Assembly (NCBI GenBank): GCA_038087875.1
Contig: CM075989.1
Coordinates: forward strand, 7,442,001-7,506,000
Length of the DNA stretch: 64,000 nucleotides
Direction of reading: 5' to 3'
Origin: Malacoraja senta
Taxonomy: Eukaryota
Under the pieces are notes generated by a model that had not been told where the DNA came from, searched no databases, and worked only from the letters and a program-made list of their open reading frames with translations. The position numbers and the translations under genes were made by a program. Positions 27,137-39,180 of this stretch are shown here, piece after piece; within the stretch, counting starts at the first letter, position 1; each line of letters begins with the position of its first letter.

Positions 27137-27420
27137 CGGCACGGTGGTGCAGCGGTAGAGTTGCTGCCATACAGCACCAGAGGCCTGGGTTCGATCCTGA
27201 CTACAGTGCTGTCTGTACGGAGTTTGTACATTCTCCCTGTGACCGCGTGGGTTTTCCCCGGGTGTTCTGGTTGCCTCCCACATTCCAAGACATACAGGTT
27301 TGTAAGTTAAATTGGCTTCAGTAAAATTGTAAATTGTCCCGATGGGGATCGCTGGTCGGCGCGGACTCGGTAAGTCGAAGGGCCTGTTTCGCGCAGTATC
27401 TCTAAATTATACTAAACTAA
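27137..27420 (+). mobile_element. HE1-like SINE
   Basis: Head, V-domain and tail present. Confidence 0.85.
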
Positions 27421-27734
27421 GGTCAGTGCAGACCTCAAGGATCTTATTCTGTTAAAAATTCCCACTAAACCATTCGAGTAAAGGAAGAAAGTGTCTTGGG
27501 ACCTGTACAGTATGGCTGAACAACTGTGTGTCGATATTAATATCCAAGCAATCCTCATTCCAGACATTTCATTCAGTCCATCAAATCCTTCCACTACTTC
27601 CATCCATGGCATAATCCAGCAATCCCTTGCAACCTCTGTTGCCAGAAACCTCAACGACTCAGTGATATTACACTGTAACTTCCTTTTTTCTTGAAGTCCT
27701 GACAGGGAGTTACCAGTGAACAGCTTTATATCCA

Positions 27735-28275
27735 CCTAGATATTGGGCAGCATGTTAAAGGAAAGATGTTGTCAAGCTGGAAAGGGTGCAGAGAAGATTT
27801 ACAAGGAAGTTGCCAGGTCTCTAAGGCCTGAGCTATAGGAGAGGTTGAGCAGGCTGGGACTCCTATTCCTTGGTGAGCAGGAGTATGAGGGGTGATCTTA
27901 GAGGTGTACAAAATCATGAGAGGAAGAAATCGGGTAAATTAGTCAAGTCTTTTATAAATAAATTGAGTCTTTTCCCCGGAGTAAGGGAATCTAGAACCAG
28001 AGGGCATAGGTTTAAGATGAGGGCGGAAATATTTAACAGGAACCCGAGGGGTAATCTTTCCACACACAGGGTTGTGGGTGTATGGAACGAGCTGCCAGAT
28101 GAATAGTCGAGGCAGGTACTATCACAACGTTTAAGAAACATTTAGACAGGCACATGGATAGGACAGGTTATGGGCCAAAAGCAAACAGGTGGGGCTAGTG
28201 TAGACGGGACATGTTGGTCGGTATGGAGAAGCTGGGCCAAAGGGCCTGTTTCCACACTGTATGACTCTTGGATTC
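27735..28275 (+). mobile_element. CR1 3' fragment
   Basis: RGDL..., ESRTRGHRFK...VVGVWNELP, and a 3' tail shared with the SINEs. Confidence 0.85.
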
Positions 28276-28699
28276 TATCTGTTGCAGGCCAGCACCACCA
28301 CCTATCTATATCTTCCGTAATCTTAAAGATTTATGTCAGGTCAACTCACAGTTTCGTTTTCAGGAGTCAAAAGTGTTTTATTGTCATATATATCAAAATG
28401 AAACAATGAAATTCTGACGTGCAGCAGTACAGCGCGCTTATATACACAGTACTCAATAGATCATATGATAAACAAGTTCAATAACTAAAATAAAATAATG
28501 CAGTGTAAAAATACAAATCAAAGCCCAAAGTCCCTTGAGCAACCAAGGAAGTGCATAGTTCATAGTTTAGTTGGAGTTTGTGGTGTTCCAAAGCCAGGTG
28601 ATCATTGGGAAGAAGCTGTTCCTGGAAAGAAGAGCCTCAGCCTATTCCTGATGCATATATAATCTCTCATTTCTGGTGTTTAATAAATCTCTTTTGCAT

Positions 28700-28965
28700 C
28701 CCCTGGGTTCCATCCTGACTGTGCTGTACTTGTCTGTACGGTTTTTGTACGTTCTCCCTGTGACCTGCATGGGTTTCCTCCGGGTGCTCTGGTTTCCTCC
28801 CACACTCCAAAGTCATGCAGGTTTTTTGGATCATTGGCTTTGGTAAATGTGTAAATTGTCCCTAGTGTGTGTAGGATAGCATTTGCATGCGGGGTTCGCT
28901 GGTCTTTGCGGACCCAGTGGGCCGAAGGGCCTGTTTCCGCGCTGTATCTCCTAATTGAACTAAAC
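28700..28965 (+). mobile_element. 5'-truncated HE1-like SINE
   Basis: V-domain and tail present. Confidence 0.8.
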
Positions 28966-29249
28966 TCTCAGTATCCGGTAAGCAATTTTAACCCAACTTC
29001 TCTGCTCACCGGTTCTGCTCCCCTTCAAGTGACCCTGCAACTTGCATCTGATTTGTGTTTATAGCATTATTAACCACATAATGTTCACTGTGTTAAAACC
29101 TATGTTTAATGTGCCTCTGTACTCTGCACCTCTTTCCCCACCCCCCCCCACCCCACTCACAGATCACTGTGATTCAAGCACTTGTTTCAAAGGAGCACAT
29201 CCCCTCCACAGTCTCCCAACCAAATTGCTCTGCCTCTCATTTATCTATT

Positions 29250-30141
29250 ATTAAATCTTGTTTTGGTGGAGCACTGACCTGATACACCATTTTGTTTGAC
29301 CAAAGCTGCTGCTGTTAAGTCGGCATGTTGCCCTGAAGCATTAAACAGATTTCATAAAAGACTGAATTCTACCTTGTTACAGTATAGTTCAGCAGAAGTA
29401 CTTGCAAATTTATCCTGCTTACTCCTCATATTTGTTTAAGGACAAATGTAATGCTTTAATTTCCACGAGCGTTTTTGTTCCTCTGCTGTAATTGCCCTTG
29501 TAACCAAGTCCTCGTGCTCTGTTCCTTGTTTAATTCCTGAGCGAGCGTTCTCCAGTGTTTACAGCATTGTGCCTTGTTACTGCTGAATAAAGTGGCTGTT
29601 ACAACTGGATGCGTTTAATGGGAGGGGGAAAGGAAGTGGAGAGAAAGAGAGGGTTTTTATCCCAGAGAGACTGAGAGGCACAGACGCAGAAGCAGCTATG
29701 TGGCAGTGTGCGTAAAAGCCCAGCTCATCTGAATGAGACCATTGACAGGAGTGAGTGAGCAATCATTCAGCTTGCACTGGGTCACCGTGGTGTTACTTTT
29801 AAGGGAAAAGAAAGAGGAGGAAAAAAAGGCTGGAGCCTGCTATTTTCAGTTCAACTTGAAAATCTTTTTTTTTCGACTCCTTTGACGATTGCTGCCTTTT
29901 AGTGCAGACGGGAGGGAGCGTGGGTCTTTCCTTGTGTTTGGTTTTGAAAAGAGGGCGTTTTATGCAGCGGTCTCAGCTGTGAAGGCTCTTCCTGCACTTC
30001 AGCAGTAATTTGGAGAAAACCAGCAACACACACACACCCACACGTGTGAGATTCTAGGTGCCTCTGGTTCCTATGTCCCATAAACTGCAGTCCTGGACGC
30101 CACATTGTGGATTTTGCTTTCATTCGCGTTTCAACTACAAA
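29250..30141 (+). promoter_or_regulatory. Putative internal promoter and 5' UTR of the AKAP13 short isoform
   Basis: Repeat-free stretch directly upstream of a first coding exon in an otherwise repeat-dense window. The transcription start site was not determined. Confidence 0.45.
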
Positions 30142-30222
30142 ATGTACGAACGACACAAAAGGAGGTACAGCCTGTCTGGCATCTCCAAGCACAGCAGAGG
30201 TGTCGATGTTGTGCTGCTCAAG
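30142..30222 (+). CDS. AKAP13: Alternative first coding exon of AKAP13 (AKAP-Lbc/Brx-type short isoform), MYERHKRRYSLSGISKHSRGVDVVLLK
   Basis: ATG with A at -3, 27 codons, then a phase-0 donor AAG|gtacgt. The peptide closely resembles my recollection of the human AKAP13 short-isoform N-terminus (MYERHKRRYSLCDISKVDRTVDVVLLK). It is preceded by about 900 bp of repeat-free sequence. Confidence 0.85.
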
Positions 30223-30589
30223 GTACGTTGGATTTTATGACTAGAGGGGAAAAGACTAATAGTAATTTGTGGACGAGTCCCTTTCTCGGGCAATTTTTGT
30301 GTTCCCGTCGGCGGAAAACCTTGGAATTCGTTCCAGCTGAATTTTATTCTGGTTTGGAATTGGCTTATTTTCTGATAAATCGGATGAAAAACAAAGTAAA
30401 GCCAAGTGACTTCATTCGCTGTATTTCTCTGCAAATAACACATGAGAGTATGGATCTATATCTCGGTGCAGAGGGCAAGGAGTCGCGAATCCCTTTCATT
30501 CTTGTTGGGCTTGTAAAGACTGGTCTGAATTGTAACCCAGCCAAGTCAAACAGTTATGTCTGTGCTTTCACTGGAATCTTGAACCTCCT

Positions 30590-30860
30590 GAGGGGGGACC
30601 TCATTGAAACTTACCGAATAGTGAAAGGCCTGGATAGAGTGGATGTGGAGAGGATGTTTCCACTAGTGGGAGAGTCTAGGACCAGAGGCCATACTCAGAA
30701 TAAAAGGACGCATCGTTATGAAGGAGATGAGGTGGGATTTATTTTGTCAGAGGGTGGTGAATCTGTTGAATTCACAGCCACAGACGGCTGGGGAGGCCAG
30801 TAAATATTTTGGGTATTTTTAAGGCGCAGATTGACTGATTCTTAATCAGTACGGGTATGT
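30590..30860 (+). mobile_element. CR1 3' fragment
   Basis: RGDLIETYRIVKGLDRVDVERMFPLVGESRTRGH. Confidence 0.85.
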
Positions 30861-30913
30861 AGGCTATGATTGTGCCCAGCTTAGATCGCAAACGGCCAGT
30901 ATATATTTTGTAC

Positions 30914-31099
30914 GTAGACAAAAATGCTGGAGAAACTCAGCGGGTGCGGCAGCATCAGTGGAGCAGAGGAAATAGGCAACGTTTCGGCCCGAAACGTTGC
31001 CTATTTCCTTCGCTCCATAGATGCTGCCGCACCCGCTGAGTTTCTCCAGCACTTTTGTCTACCTTCGATTTTCCAGCGTCTGCAGTTCCTTCTTAAACA
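30914..31099. mobile_element. Fold-back Penelope-tail element
   Basis: Inverted arms centred on GTTTCGGCCCGAAAC; 15-bp TSD GTATATATTTTGTAC (30899-30913 and 31100-31114). Confidence 0.85.
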
Positions 31100-31574
31100 G
31101 TATATATTTTGTACTTGCTTAAAAGTTCAGAAGTGATAGGAGCAAAATTAGGCCCTTTGGCCCATTAATTCCACTGCCATTCAATCATGGCTGATCTAAC
31201 TCTCTCTCTCAAACCCATTCTCCAGCCTTCTCCCCATAGCCCCTGACACCCTTGACGCCTGGTCCATTGATGGGAATCCTCTCCATGGTTGTGCAGAACA
31301 TTCTTGGTCCTTTGGTCGGTGTCTCTGATTGGAAATTGTGGGGACACTTGTGTATGAGTGGTGGTATGTGTACCTCTTCCATTCACAGACGTTCTCTCAA
31401 CAGTCATAGTTCAGACATAGCAAGTTTGCCCACTTATATAGCTCAAGCCTTCTTTGCCAGGAATGAGAGGGACATGGCATCTTATCACCAGAACCGGTAT
31501 CAGTGTCGACCATTGATATGCACTATGATCTTGGTTCCCGCAAGGGCAGCTGAGTTTAACACGTGAGTAGTGTA

Positions 31575-31869
31575 GTTTAATTTAGAGACAGTGCGGAAAC
31601 AGGCCCTTCGGCCCACAGAGTCCTCACCGACCAGCAACGCCCCCACATTAGCACTATCCTACACCCTAGGGATAATTTGCAATTGCACCAAGCCAATTAG
31701 CCTAAAAACCTGTACATCTTTGGAGTGTGGGTGGAAACCAAAGATCTCGGAGAAAACCCAAGCAGGTCCCGGGGAGAATGTGCAAACTCCGAACAGACAG
31801 CACCCGGATCGAACCCGGGTCTCTGGTGCTGTAAGGTAGCAACTCTACTGCTGCACCACCGTGCCACCC
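31575..31869 (-). mobile_element. HE1-like SINE
   Basis: Reverse copy. Confidence 0.85.
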
Positions 31870-32548
31870 TAGTTCAATATTTTGTTCAATAGTTCAATAT
31901 TTCTGAAATAAAATATCAGTATCAACAGCGATATGCACGCGACAGTGTTATCATTATAGATACGCATCAAATCACTGCAGTCCCTCAAAGAGGGGATTAG
32001 CTGGCCTAACGCATGCTGGTCTACAAGTGACCCCAGCTCCATCACTGCTAGACTCCTCACTGTCTTTATGAAGTGGGTTTCAGAGCCGGGGGGGGGGGGG
32101 GCAATTAAAAATGGCCAATAAATGCTGCCCTTGTCTGTCACACCTATATCCTATGAACGGATAAATAGAAAAATCTGTCAAAGGTTTCAAAGCACGTCAA
32201 GTGCACTTATAATCAGTTCGAAATTACTGTTGTCACTTAAATGCTGGAGTCATTTTACCAGCAGGAAGATTCGTGAAATGAATTGCTGTGTATTTTTTTC
32301 CGCTGGTTATGGTTGATGGAGGAGCATTGGCTGGGATCCAGCTGCTCCCATTTGAAAGCTCCCACTCTTTCACAGCAGATGGTGATTTAATTAGATCTTG
32401 AAGCCAAAGGGAAAAGGTTGTACTGCAATATGATTTCAATTTGATTTTGAAAATGTTGAAAGAAAAAAAGTAAGTTGGGCCCTTTTTATAATCTTTTGAA
32501 TTTTGGTGGAGAAATGGTGTACTTACTTTAGTTTAGTTTAGACGTGCA

Positions 32549-33083
32549 GACTATCGTTTGGGCAGAAATAGATAGATTTTGATTAGTACAGAGGTTATGG
32601 GGACAAGGCAGGAGAATGGGTTAGGAGGGAGAGATAGACCAGCCATGATTAAATGGGAGTAGACTTGATGGGCCAAATGGCCTAATTCTATTTCTATCAC
32701 TTATGACCTGATGACCTGCCCAGTCCATCACCCAAACCAGTCTCCCCTCTACTCATTGACTCCATCTACACCATGCTTCCTCGGGAATGAACTGCAGATG
32801 CTGGTTTATACCGAAAATAGACACAAAATGCTGGTGCGATTCAGTGGGTCAGGCAGCATCTCTGGAGAAAAAGAATAGGTGGTTCCAGGAACGAGGAATT
32901 GCAACTCCAATTGAATTAGCTGAGTTGCTTTTTTTTGCAGCAAATGATGAGATCTCTCTGAGAAGATTTGATAGAGGTGTATATGATCAATCGTGTATGA
33001 GAAAAGGTATTTAGTTTATCCCCATCAGCTGATGGTTTGAGATCCAGCATTAGAGTCGGGTGTGGGGGCAGAACAGATTTAAA
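32549..33083 (+). repeat. Near-identical copy of 34670-35205
   Basis: Direct sequence match over about 535 bp with few differences. Confidence 0.95.
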
Positions 33084-33539
33084 CAGGCCCTTCGGCCCAG
33101 CGAGTCCGCACTGGCCAGCAATCCCCGCACTTGAATGTCTGGTGTTTAGAACCAGCAGTCCTTCGACCCACTAGCATTTTGCACTGGTGACCACAGTTGA
33201 ATTTTCTCAGCCATTGTCTCAGCTGGAATACACAACTTCACAGAGGGCAGTAGTTGAAGAGGATTGCGGTCATGTGCACACAAAAAAATGGAGTTTGGAA
33301 CAGTTGCTTTGTTTCCATACATGATTTCTCTTTCCAAGGAGGGAACCCCTGCTGTCACCATCGCAATTAAACAGGCTTGGCACACCTGACTCTCTGGCTA
33401 GATTGTCCCCTTTCCAGAAGTGACATTTTGTACAGACTTTTCAAAGCCGTGCCACCTTGTTCCAGATTGCCATTTGTCCTTTGGTTTGGCAACTGCCCAG
33501 CCCAAGACCACAGGAATTGTAGAGAGTCCGGAAAGCTGC

Positions 33540-34830
33540 CTAGGCCAAAGTCACCATGGCTTTGTGAAGGGGAGGTCTTGCTTGACAAATTTGCTTGAAT
33601 TCTTTGAAGAAGTAAATAGCAGGACAGACAAAGGAGAGTCAGTAGATGTTGTTTACTTAGATTTTCAGAAAGCCTTTGATAAGGTGCCACAGGTGAGGCT
33701 GCCTAGGCAGATGGGAGCCCACGGTATCAAAGGGCAGATACTTTAATGGATAGCAGGTTGGCTGGATGGCAGAAGACAAAGAGTGGCAATAAAGGGGGCT
33801 TTTTCTGGTTGTCTGCCAGTGACTAGCGGAGTTCTGCAGGGGTCGGTGCTGGGTCCGCTGCTCTTCACGTTGTATATTAATGATTTTGACGAGGGGATCG
33901 AAGGCTTTGTGGCCAAGTTTGCGGATGATATGAAAATAGGTGGAAGGGCAGGTAGTGTAGAGAAATCAGGGACTCTGCAGAAGGACTTGGATAGGTTGGG
34001 AGAGTGGGCAGAGAAGTGGCAGATGGAATATAGTGTAGCAAAGTGTGGCGTCATGCAGTTTGGTAGTAGGAATGAAGGGTCAGGCTATTTTCTAAATGGG
34101 GAGAGAATCCAGAAATCGGAGGTGCAAAAGGACTTTGGAGTGCTGATGCAGGATTCCCAAAAAGTTAATCTGCAAGTGAATCGGTAGTAAAGAAAGCAAA
34201 CTCAATGCTAGCATTTATTTCAAGAGGGCTTGTATACAAAACAGGATGTCATGATGAGGTTCTATAAGGCGCTGGTGAGGCCGCATGTGGAATATTGTGA
34301 GTAATTTTGGGCCCCATATCTGAGGAAGGATGTGCTGGCTCTGGAGAGGGTCCAGAGGAGGTTTACAAGAATGATCCCAGGAATGAGTAGGTTAACCTAT
34401 GATGAGCGTTTGTCGACACTGGGCCTGTACTCGCTGGAGTTTAGAAGAATGAGGGGGGACCTCATTGAAATGTACAGAATAGTGAAAGGCGTCGACAGAA
34501 TGGATGTGGAGAGGATGTTTCCACTAGTGGGAGAGTCTAGGACTAGAGGTCATAGCCTCAGAATTAAAGGACGTTCTTTTAGGAAGGAGATGAGAAGAAA
34601 TTTCTTTAGTCAGAAGGTGGTGAATCTGTGGAATTCTTTGCCACAGAAGACTCTAGCGGCCAAGTCTGTGACTATCGTTTGGGCAGAAATAGATAGATTT
34701 TTGATTAGTACAGAGGTTATGGGACAAGGCAGGAGAATGGGGTTAGGAGGGAGAGATAGACCAGCCATGATTAAATGGGAGTAGACTTGATGGGTCAAAT
34801 GGCCTAATTCTATTTCTATCACTTATGACC
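33540..34830 (+). mobile_element. 5'-truncated CR1 LINE (RT domain to 3' end)
   Basis: Motifs HHGFVKGRSCLTNLLEFFEEV, YLDFQKAFDKVP, QGSVLGPLLF..YIND, KFADD, LERVQRRFTRMIPG, and a CR1 3' tail. Confidence 0.95.
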
Positions 34831-35744
34831 TGATGACCTGCCAGTCCATCACCCAAACCAGTCTCCCCTCTACTCATTGACTCCATCTACACCATGTTTC
34901 CTCGGGAATGAACTGCAGATGCTGGTTTTATACCGACAATAGATACAAAATGCTGGTGCGATTCAGTGGGTCAGGCAGCATCTCTGGAGAAAAAGAATAG
35001 GTGGTTCCAGGAACGAGGAATTGCAACTCCAATTGAATTAGCTGAGTTGCTTTTTTTGCAGCAAATGATGAGATCTCTCTGAGAAGATTTGATAGAGGTG
35101 TATATGATCAATCGTGTATGAGAAAAGGTATTTAGTTTATCCCCATCAGCTGATGGTTTGAGATCCAGCATTTAGAGTCGGGTGTGGGGGCAGAACAGAT
35201 TTAAATGGAAAGGCAAAAGATCCAGTGGGATGCATGGGCAAATTCAGTGAGCCCAGAAATAACATTCGGGAGATATTGCCCATAAGGATGGTAAAAATCA
35301 GGTGGATAATGCGTTTAAAAGGCCGTAGCAAAAGCACCTGAGGAAGGAATGTAGCTGGGCTGAAGAGCTAGAGATAGGAACGAGAAAGATTGTCGACAGG
35401 AACAGGTATGGATTTGATGGGCTGAATAATCTCCAGTGTCATGATGATAATGATACCCTGAAATTTGGTCAACAGTAACCTGGCCTATGGACACTCTCTG
35501 TCCTCTGACAGAGCCTCAAGGATGCTTTTGGCTTGAAATGCAATGGCTATTTGGTGGACTAGCAATAATTGCTATTTACCAATTAAACAGCAACACGATG
35601 TATAATCAGTATATTGGCATAACAAAGAACATTTATGGGCAAAGAAAGGGTTGCATTTTTACCACATTCTCATCAGATGTTTTCCCACAAAGCTGCAGAC
35701 TGGAAGAAGAGTCTTTTCCCATTCAAAACTACTCTCATAAAAGG

Positions 35745-35928
35745 TAGACAAAAATGCTGGAGAAACTCAGCGGGTGAGGCAGCATCTATGGAGCGAAGGA
35801 AATAGGCAACGTTTCGGGCCGAAACGTTGCCTATTTCCTTCGCTCCATAGATGCTGCCTCACCCGCTGAGTTTCTCAGCATTTTTGTCTACCTTCGATTT
35901 TCCAGCATCTGCAGTTCCTTCTTAAACA
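35745..35928. mobile_element. Fold-back Penelope-tail element
   Basis: About 73-bp near-perfect inverted arms centred on GTTTCGGGCCGAAAC; flanking duplication TACTCTCATAAAAGG (35730-35744 and 35929-35943). Confidence 0.85.
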
Positions 35929-36046
35929 TACTCTCATAAAAGGCTGTGATTGATGCATCATTAGCCCCTCATTTTCTTGTCCAACCTCAGCATGTCGTGC
36001 CTGAAATTCCGCAGCTAGGAAAGAACTCCTAGGAAAGTTCATGATT

Positions 36047-36119
36047 GGGCCAGTGGCACAATGGATAGTGTGTCTGACTATGGATCAGAAGATTCTAGGT
36101 TCAAATCCGTGATGGCTAA
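36047..36119 (+). pseudogene. tRNA-Arg(ACG)-derived pseudogene, anticodon now ATG
   Basis: GGGCCAGTGGCACAATGGATAGTGTGTCTGACTATGGATCAGAAGATTCTAGGTTCAAATCC matches vertebrate tRNA-Arg-ACG, with mostly CpG-type changes. The anticodon stem TCTGA/TCAGA is intact; the T-stem and acceptor stem have mismatches. Confidence 0.85.
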
Positions 36120-38269
36120 AAACTTTTGCAGCACAGTGGAGCTGCGATAGAGTTGCAGCCTTACAGCGCAGAGACTTGGGTTTGATCGTGGTTACGGGTG
36201 CTCTCTGCACAGAGTTTTACGTTCTCCATGTGACCATGTGGGTTTTCTCTGGGTGCTCCAGTTTCCTCGCACACTCCAAAGACGTGCAGGTTAATTGGCG
36301 TCTGTAAGTTGTCCCTCGGCTGTAGGATGGATTTAGTCTGGGGCGAGCAAGGCAGCAACTCTACTGCTGCGCCACTGTGCCGCCCAACATTCTTCATCAT
36401 TTAGCATTGGCCCACTTGATTAATAGCTGCCTCAGTTGTAGTGATCCCACTGGAAACTCTTCATTAGTGGAAATGTAGATGTGGCAAAGGATGGCCAAGG
36501 TCAAGAACCTTGGGCCAGGTAGAAAAGAAGCACCCGCATGCAAAGACCCTACTCGAAGAGAGCCTCTCAAAACACCTCATTCAGTCTAGATCACTCTGAT
36601 GAGCAAGTTTAGATTTGTCGAGGCTATCATCACTGAGGTATGTGCCATTCTGCTGGAAGACCGTTACCATATTCCCATGCTTGGTCTGCCACTGTGTGGA
36701 GGGCAAAGTCAAGTCCCTCCACATGATCTTGCCAAGCAGCCGCAATAGATCTCTCCCATTAGAGATCCCCCTACTTGCTGTATTCAGCTCCCACCATCCC
36801 ACCAGCGGCACATTCACCTCCAACAATCTTTCTCCAAGTTCCTTCAAATTGCGTGACTATCAATCCGCAGTCAGCAAGGCGTATCCATCATGGCGCTGTT
36901 ATAGACTCATAGAGTCTTACAGGTGGAAACAGGCCTTTCAACCCAATTTGCCCACACCGGCCAACATGTTCCATCTACACTGGTCCCACCTGCCTGCATT
37001 TGGCCCATATCCCTCTAAATCTGTCCTATCCATGTACCTGTCTAAATGTTTCTTAAAGGATGCGATAGCACCTGCTCAACCTGTTCATATCGATTTAGTT
37101 CCATTTATCCCCTCCTACCTCGGATGCAATCCTCTCCACCTGTGCATTGGCAGTGTCGGGCTAACCCAGAGCACGTCATGAAAACAAAGTGCTCTTTATG
37201 TGTGGTAAGTTTTTTAAATAGCTTCACAAATATTGTTCAGTGAAACCAATCCTTGCGACATGCAGCTGATATGTAACCCCAGGTTCTCAGCAATACAATT
37301 GGCTCTCCTCCATAAAATGACTGAGCGTTAGACTCAGATGTGCAAGAAATCCAGGCCTTGCTAGCAGTGGCCATATCACTTGAACAAGGCAGGCATGATT
37401 TCAAGATTCAATTTAATTGTCACAAATTACAAGGGCTGAGTTCTCCAGATCCATATTATGGTGGGAACGGGCTGGTGATGTTAATTTTTCTTTCCACCCC
37501 ATGCTATTGTGGGATTTCTGGCTCAACATGCCAATCTCAAGATATGAATTATGTACACATTGTGAAGTCTGTGGTGTTTATTTTGCTCTACATATCCACG
37601 GGCATAGTGAATGCAATGTAGCAATGTTTAGGTTAAGCCTTGCACCAAAGCCAATTATGATGACCCAAGGGTCAATTCACTACCAATTTTGGCAGCATAG
37701 TGGCACAGCTTCACACCATCAGAGACCTAGGTTCGATCCTGACATCTATGTGACCACATGGGTTTCCTCTGGGTGCTCCACTTTCCTCCCACATCCCAGG
37801 GGCATGCAGGTTTGTAGGTCAATTGATTGCTGCAAATTGCCCCTAACGCATAGGGAGTGGATGCAAATGTGGGACTAACACAGAACAGGTGTGAACAGTT
37901 GACTGATGGTCAGCAGAATGTGTAGGAAGGGACTGCAGATGCTGATTTATATCAAAAATAGACACAAAGTGCCAAAATAACCCAGCGGGACGGGCATCAT
38001 CTGAGATAAGGAATAGGGGATGTTTTGGGTCCGAACCCTGCATCAGACTGAAGACCTTTCTTGAGTCTGAATAATGGATCCGATCCAAAAAGTCCTTTTC
38101 ACCACAGATGCTGCCTGACCCGCTGAGTTATTCCAGCATTTTGTGTCTATGATTGATGTTCGGCATGGGCTCATTGAGTCGAAGGGCTGTTTCTACACTG
38201 TATATTCCAATCAATCAAGTTACGACCCTTAAAGGGTCAGCTTCAACTTTGCAAACAAAACACTGGCAG

Positions 38270-38700
38270 ACACTGGCAGTGTGCCTGCAATCCTAGAGAG
38301 TCAGGGGATGGAAGTTAGTGGAGTGGTGATTACTAAGGAGAAGTTGCTAGGAAAACTGAAAGATCCGAGGATGCATAGGTCACCTGGACCGGATGGACTG
38401 CACCCCAGGGTCATCCATTGCCTTGGAATTAAAGGGCGGTCTTTTAGAAAGGAGGAGATGAGGAACTTCTTTAGTCAGAGGGTAGTTAATCTGTGGAACT
38501 CATCGCCACAGAGGGCTGTGGAGGCCAAGTCAGTGGATATTTTTAAGACCGAGTTAGCCAAATTCTTGATTAAAATGGGTGTCAAGGGTTATGGGGAGAA
38601 GGCAGGAAAATGGGATTAGGAGGCAGAGATCAGCCATGATTGAACAGCAGACTAGACTCAATGGGCCGAATGGCCTGATTCTACTGTAACTTGTGAACTT
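38270..38700 (+). mobile_element. Internally deleted CR1
   Basis: SPGPDGLHPRV is joined directly to the C-terminal RNFFSQRVVNLWNS segment and the 3' tail. Confidence 0.8.
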
Positions 38701-38867
38701 GTGAAAGGTAAAGTGAAGACAAAATATCTGGAAGTTCACAGTGAGTTTATCAGCAACTGCAGAAACAGGGGTGCTCGCTACTTTGGGACTGTACCATACA
38801 TCTGAAGACGGAGAGAACTGCAAAGTGAAGATATATGTTGCCTTCTGTTAGGCATCCAGCAGAACTA

Positions 38868-39180
38868 GGGCTGCACGGTGGAACAGCGATAGTTGCTGCC
38901 TTACAGCACTTATAGCTCTCGAGACCCGGGTTCGATCCGACGATGGGTGCTGTATTTACGGAGTTTGTACGTTCTCCCTGTGACCGCCAGGGTTTTCTCC
39001 GAGATCTTCGGTTCCCCCCCACACTCCAAAGACATACAGGTTTGTAGGTTAATTGGCTTGGTGAAATGTAAATTGTCCCTAGTGTGTGTAGGATAGTGTT
39101 AATGTGCGGGGTTCGCTGGTAGGTGCAACTCAGTGGGCCGAAGAGCCTGTTTCCGCGCTGTATATCTAAACTAAAATAAA
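38868..39180 (+). mobile_element. HE1-like SINE
   Basis: Head, V-domain and tail present. Confidence 0.85.

Noticed and set aside
30105..30803. 232-aa ORF as a gene
   Set aside because: It overlaps the real exon in another frame, runs through the splice donor and ends in a CR1 fragment.
26595..35928. Long hairpins as miRNA genes or DNA-transposon MITEs
   Set aside because: They are multi-copy, have an asymmetric 3' tail and long TSDs, and share sequence with Penelope tails.
36615..37181. 188-aa ORF
   Set aside because: Runs across decayed repeats and an inverted CR1 tail.
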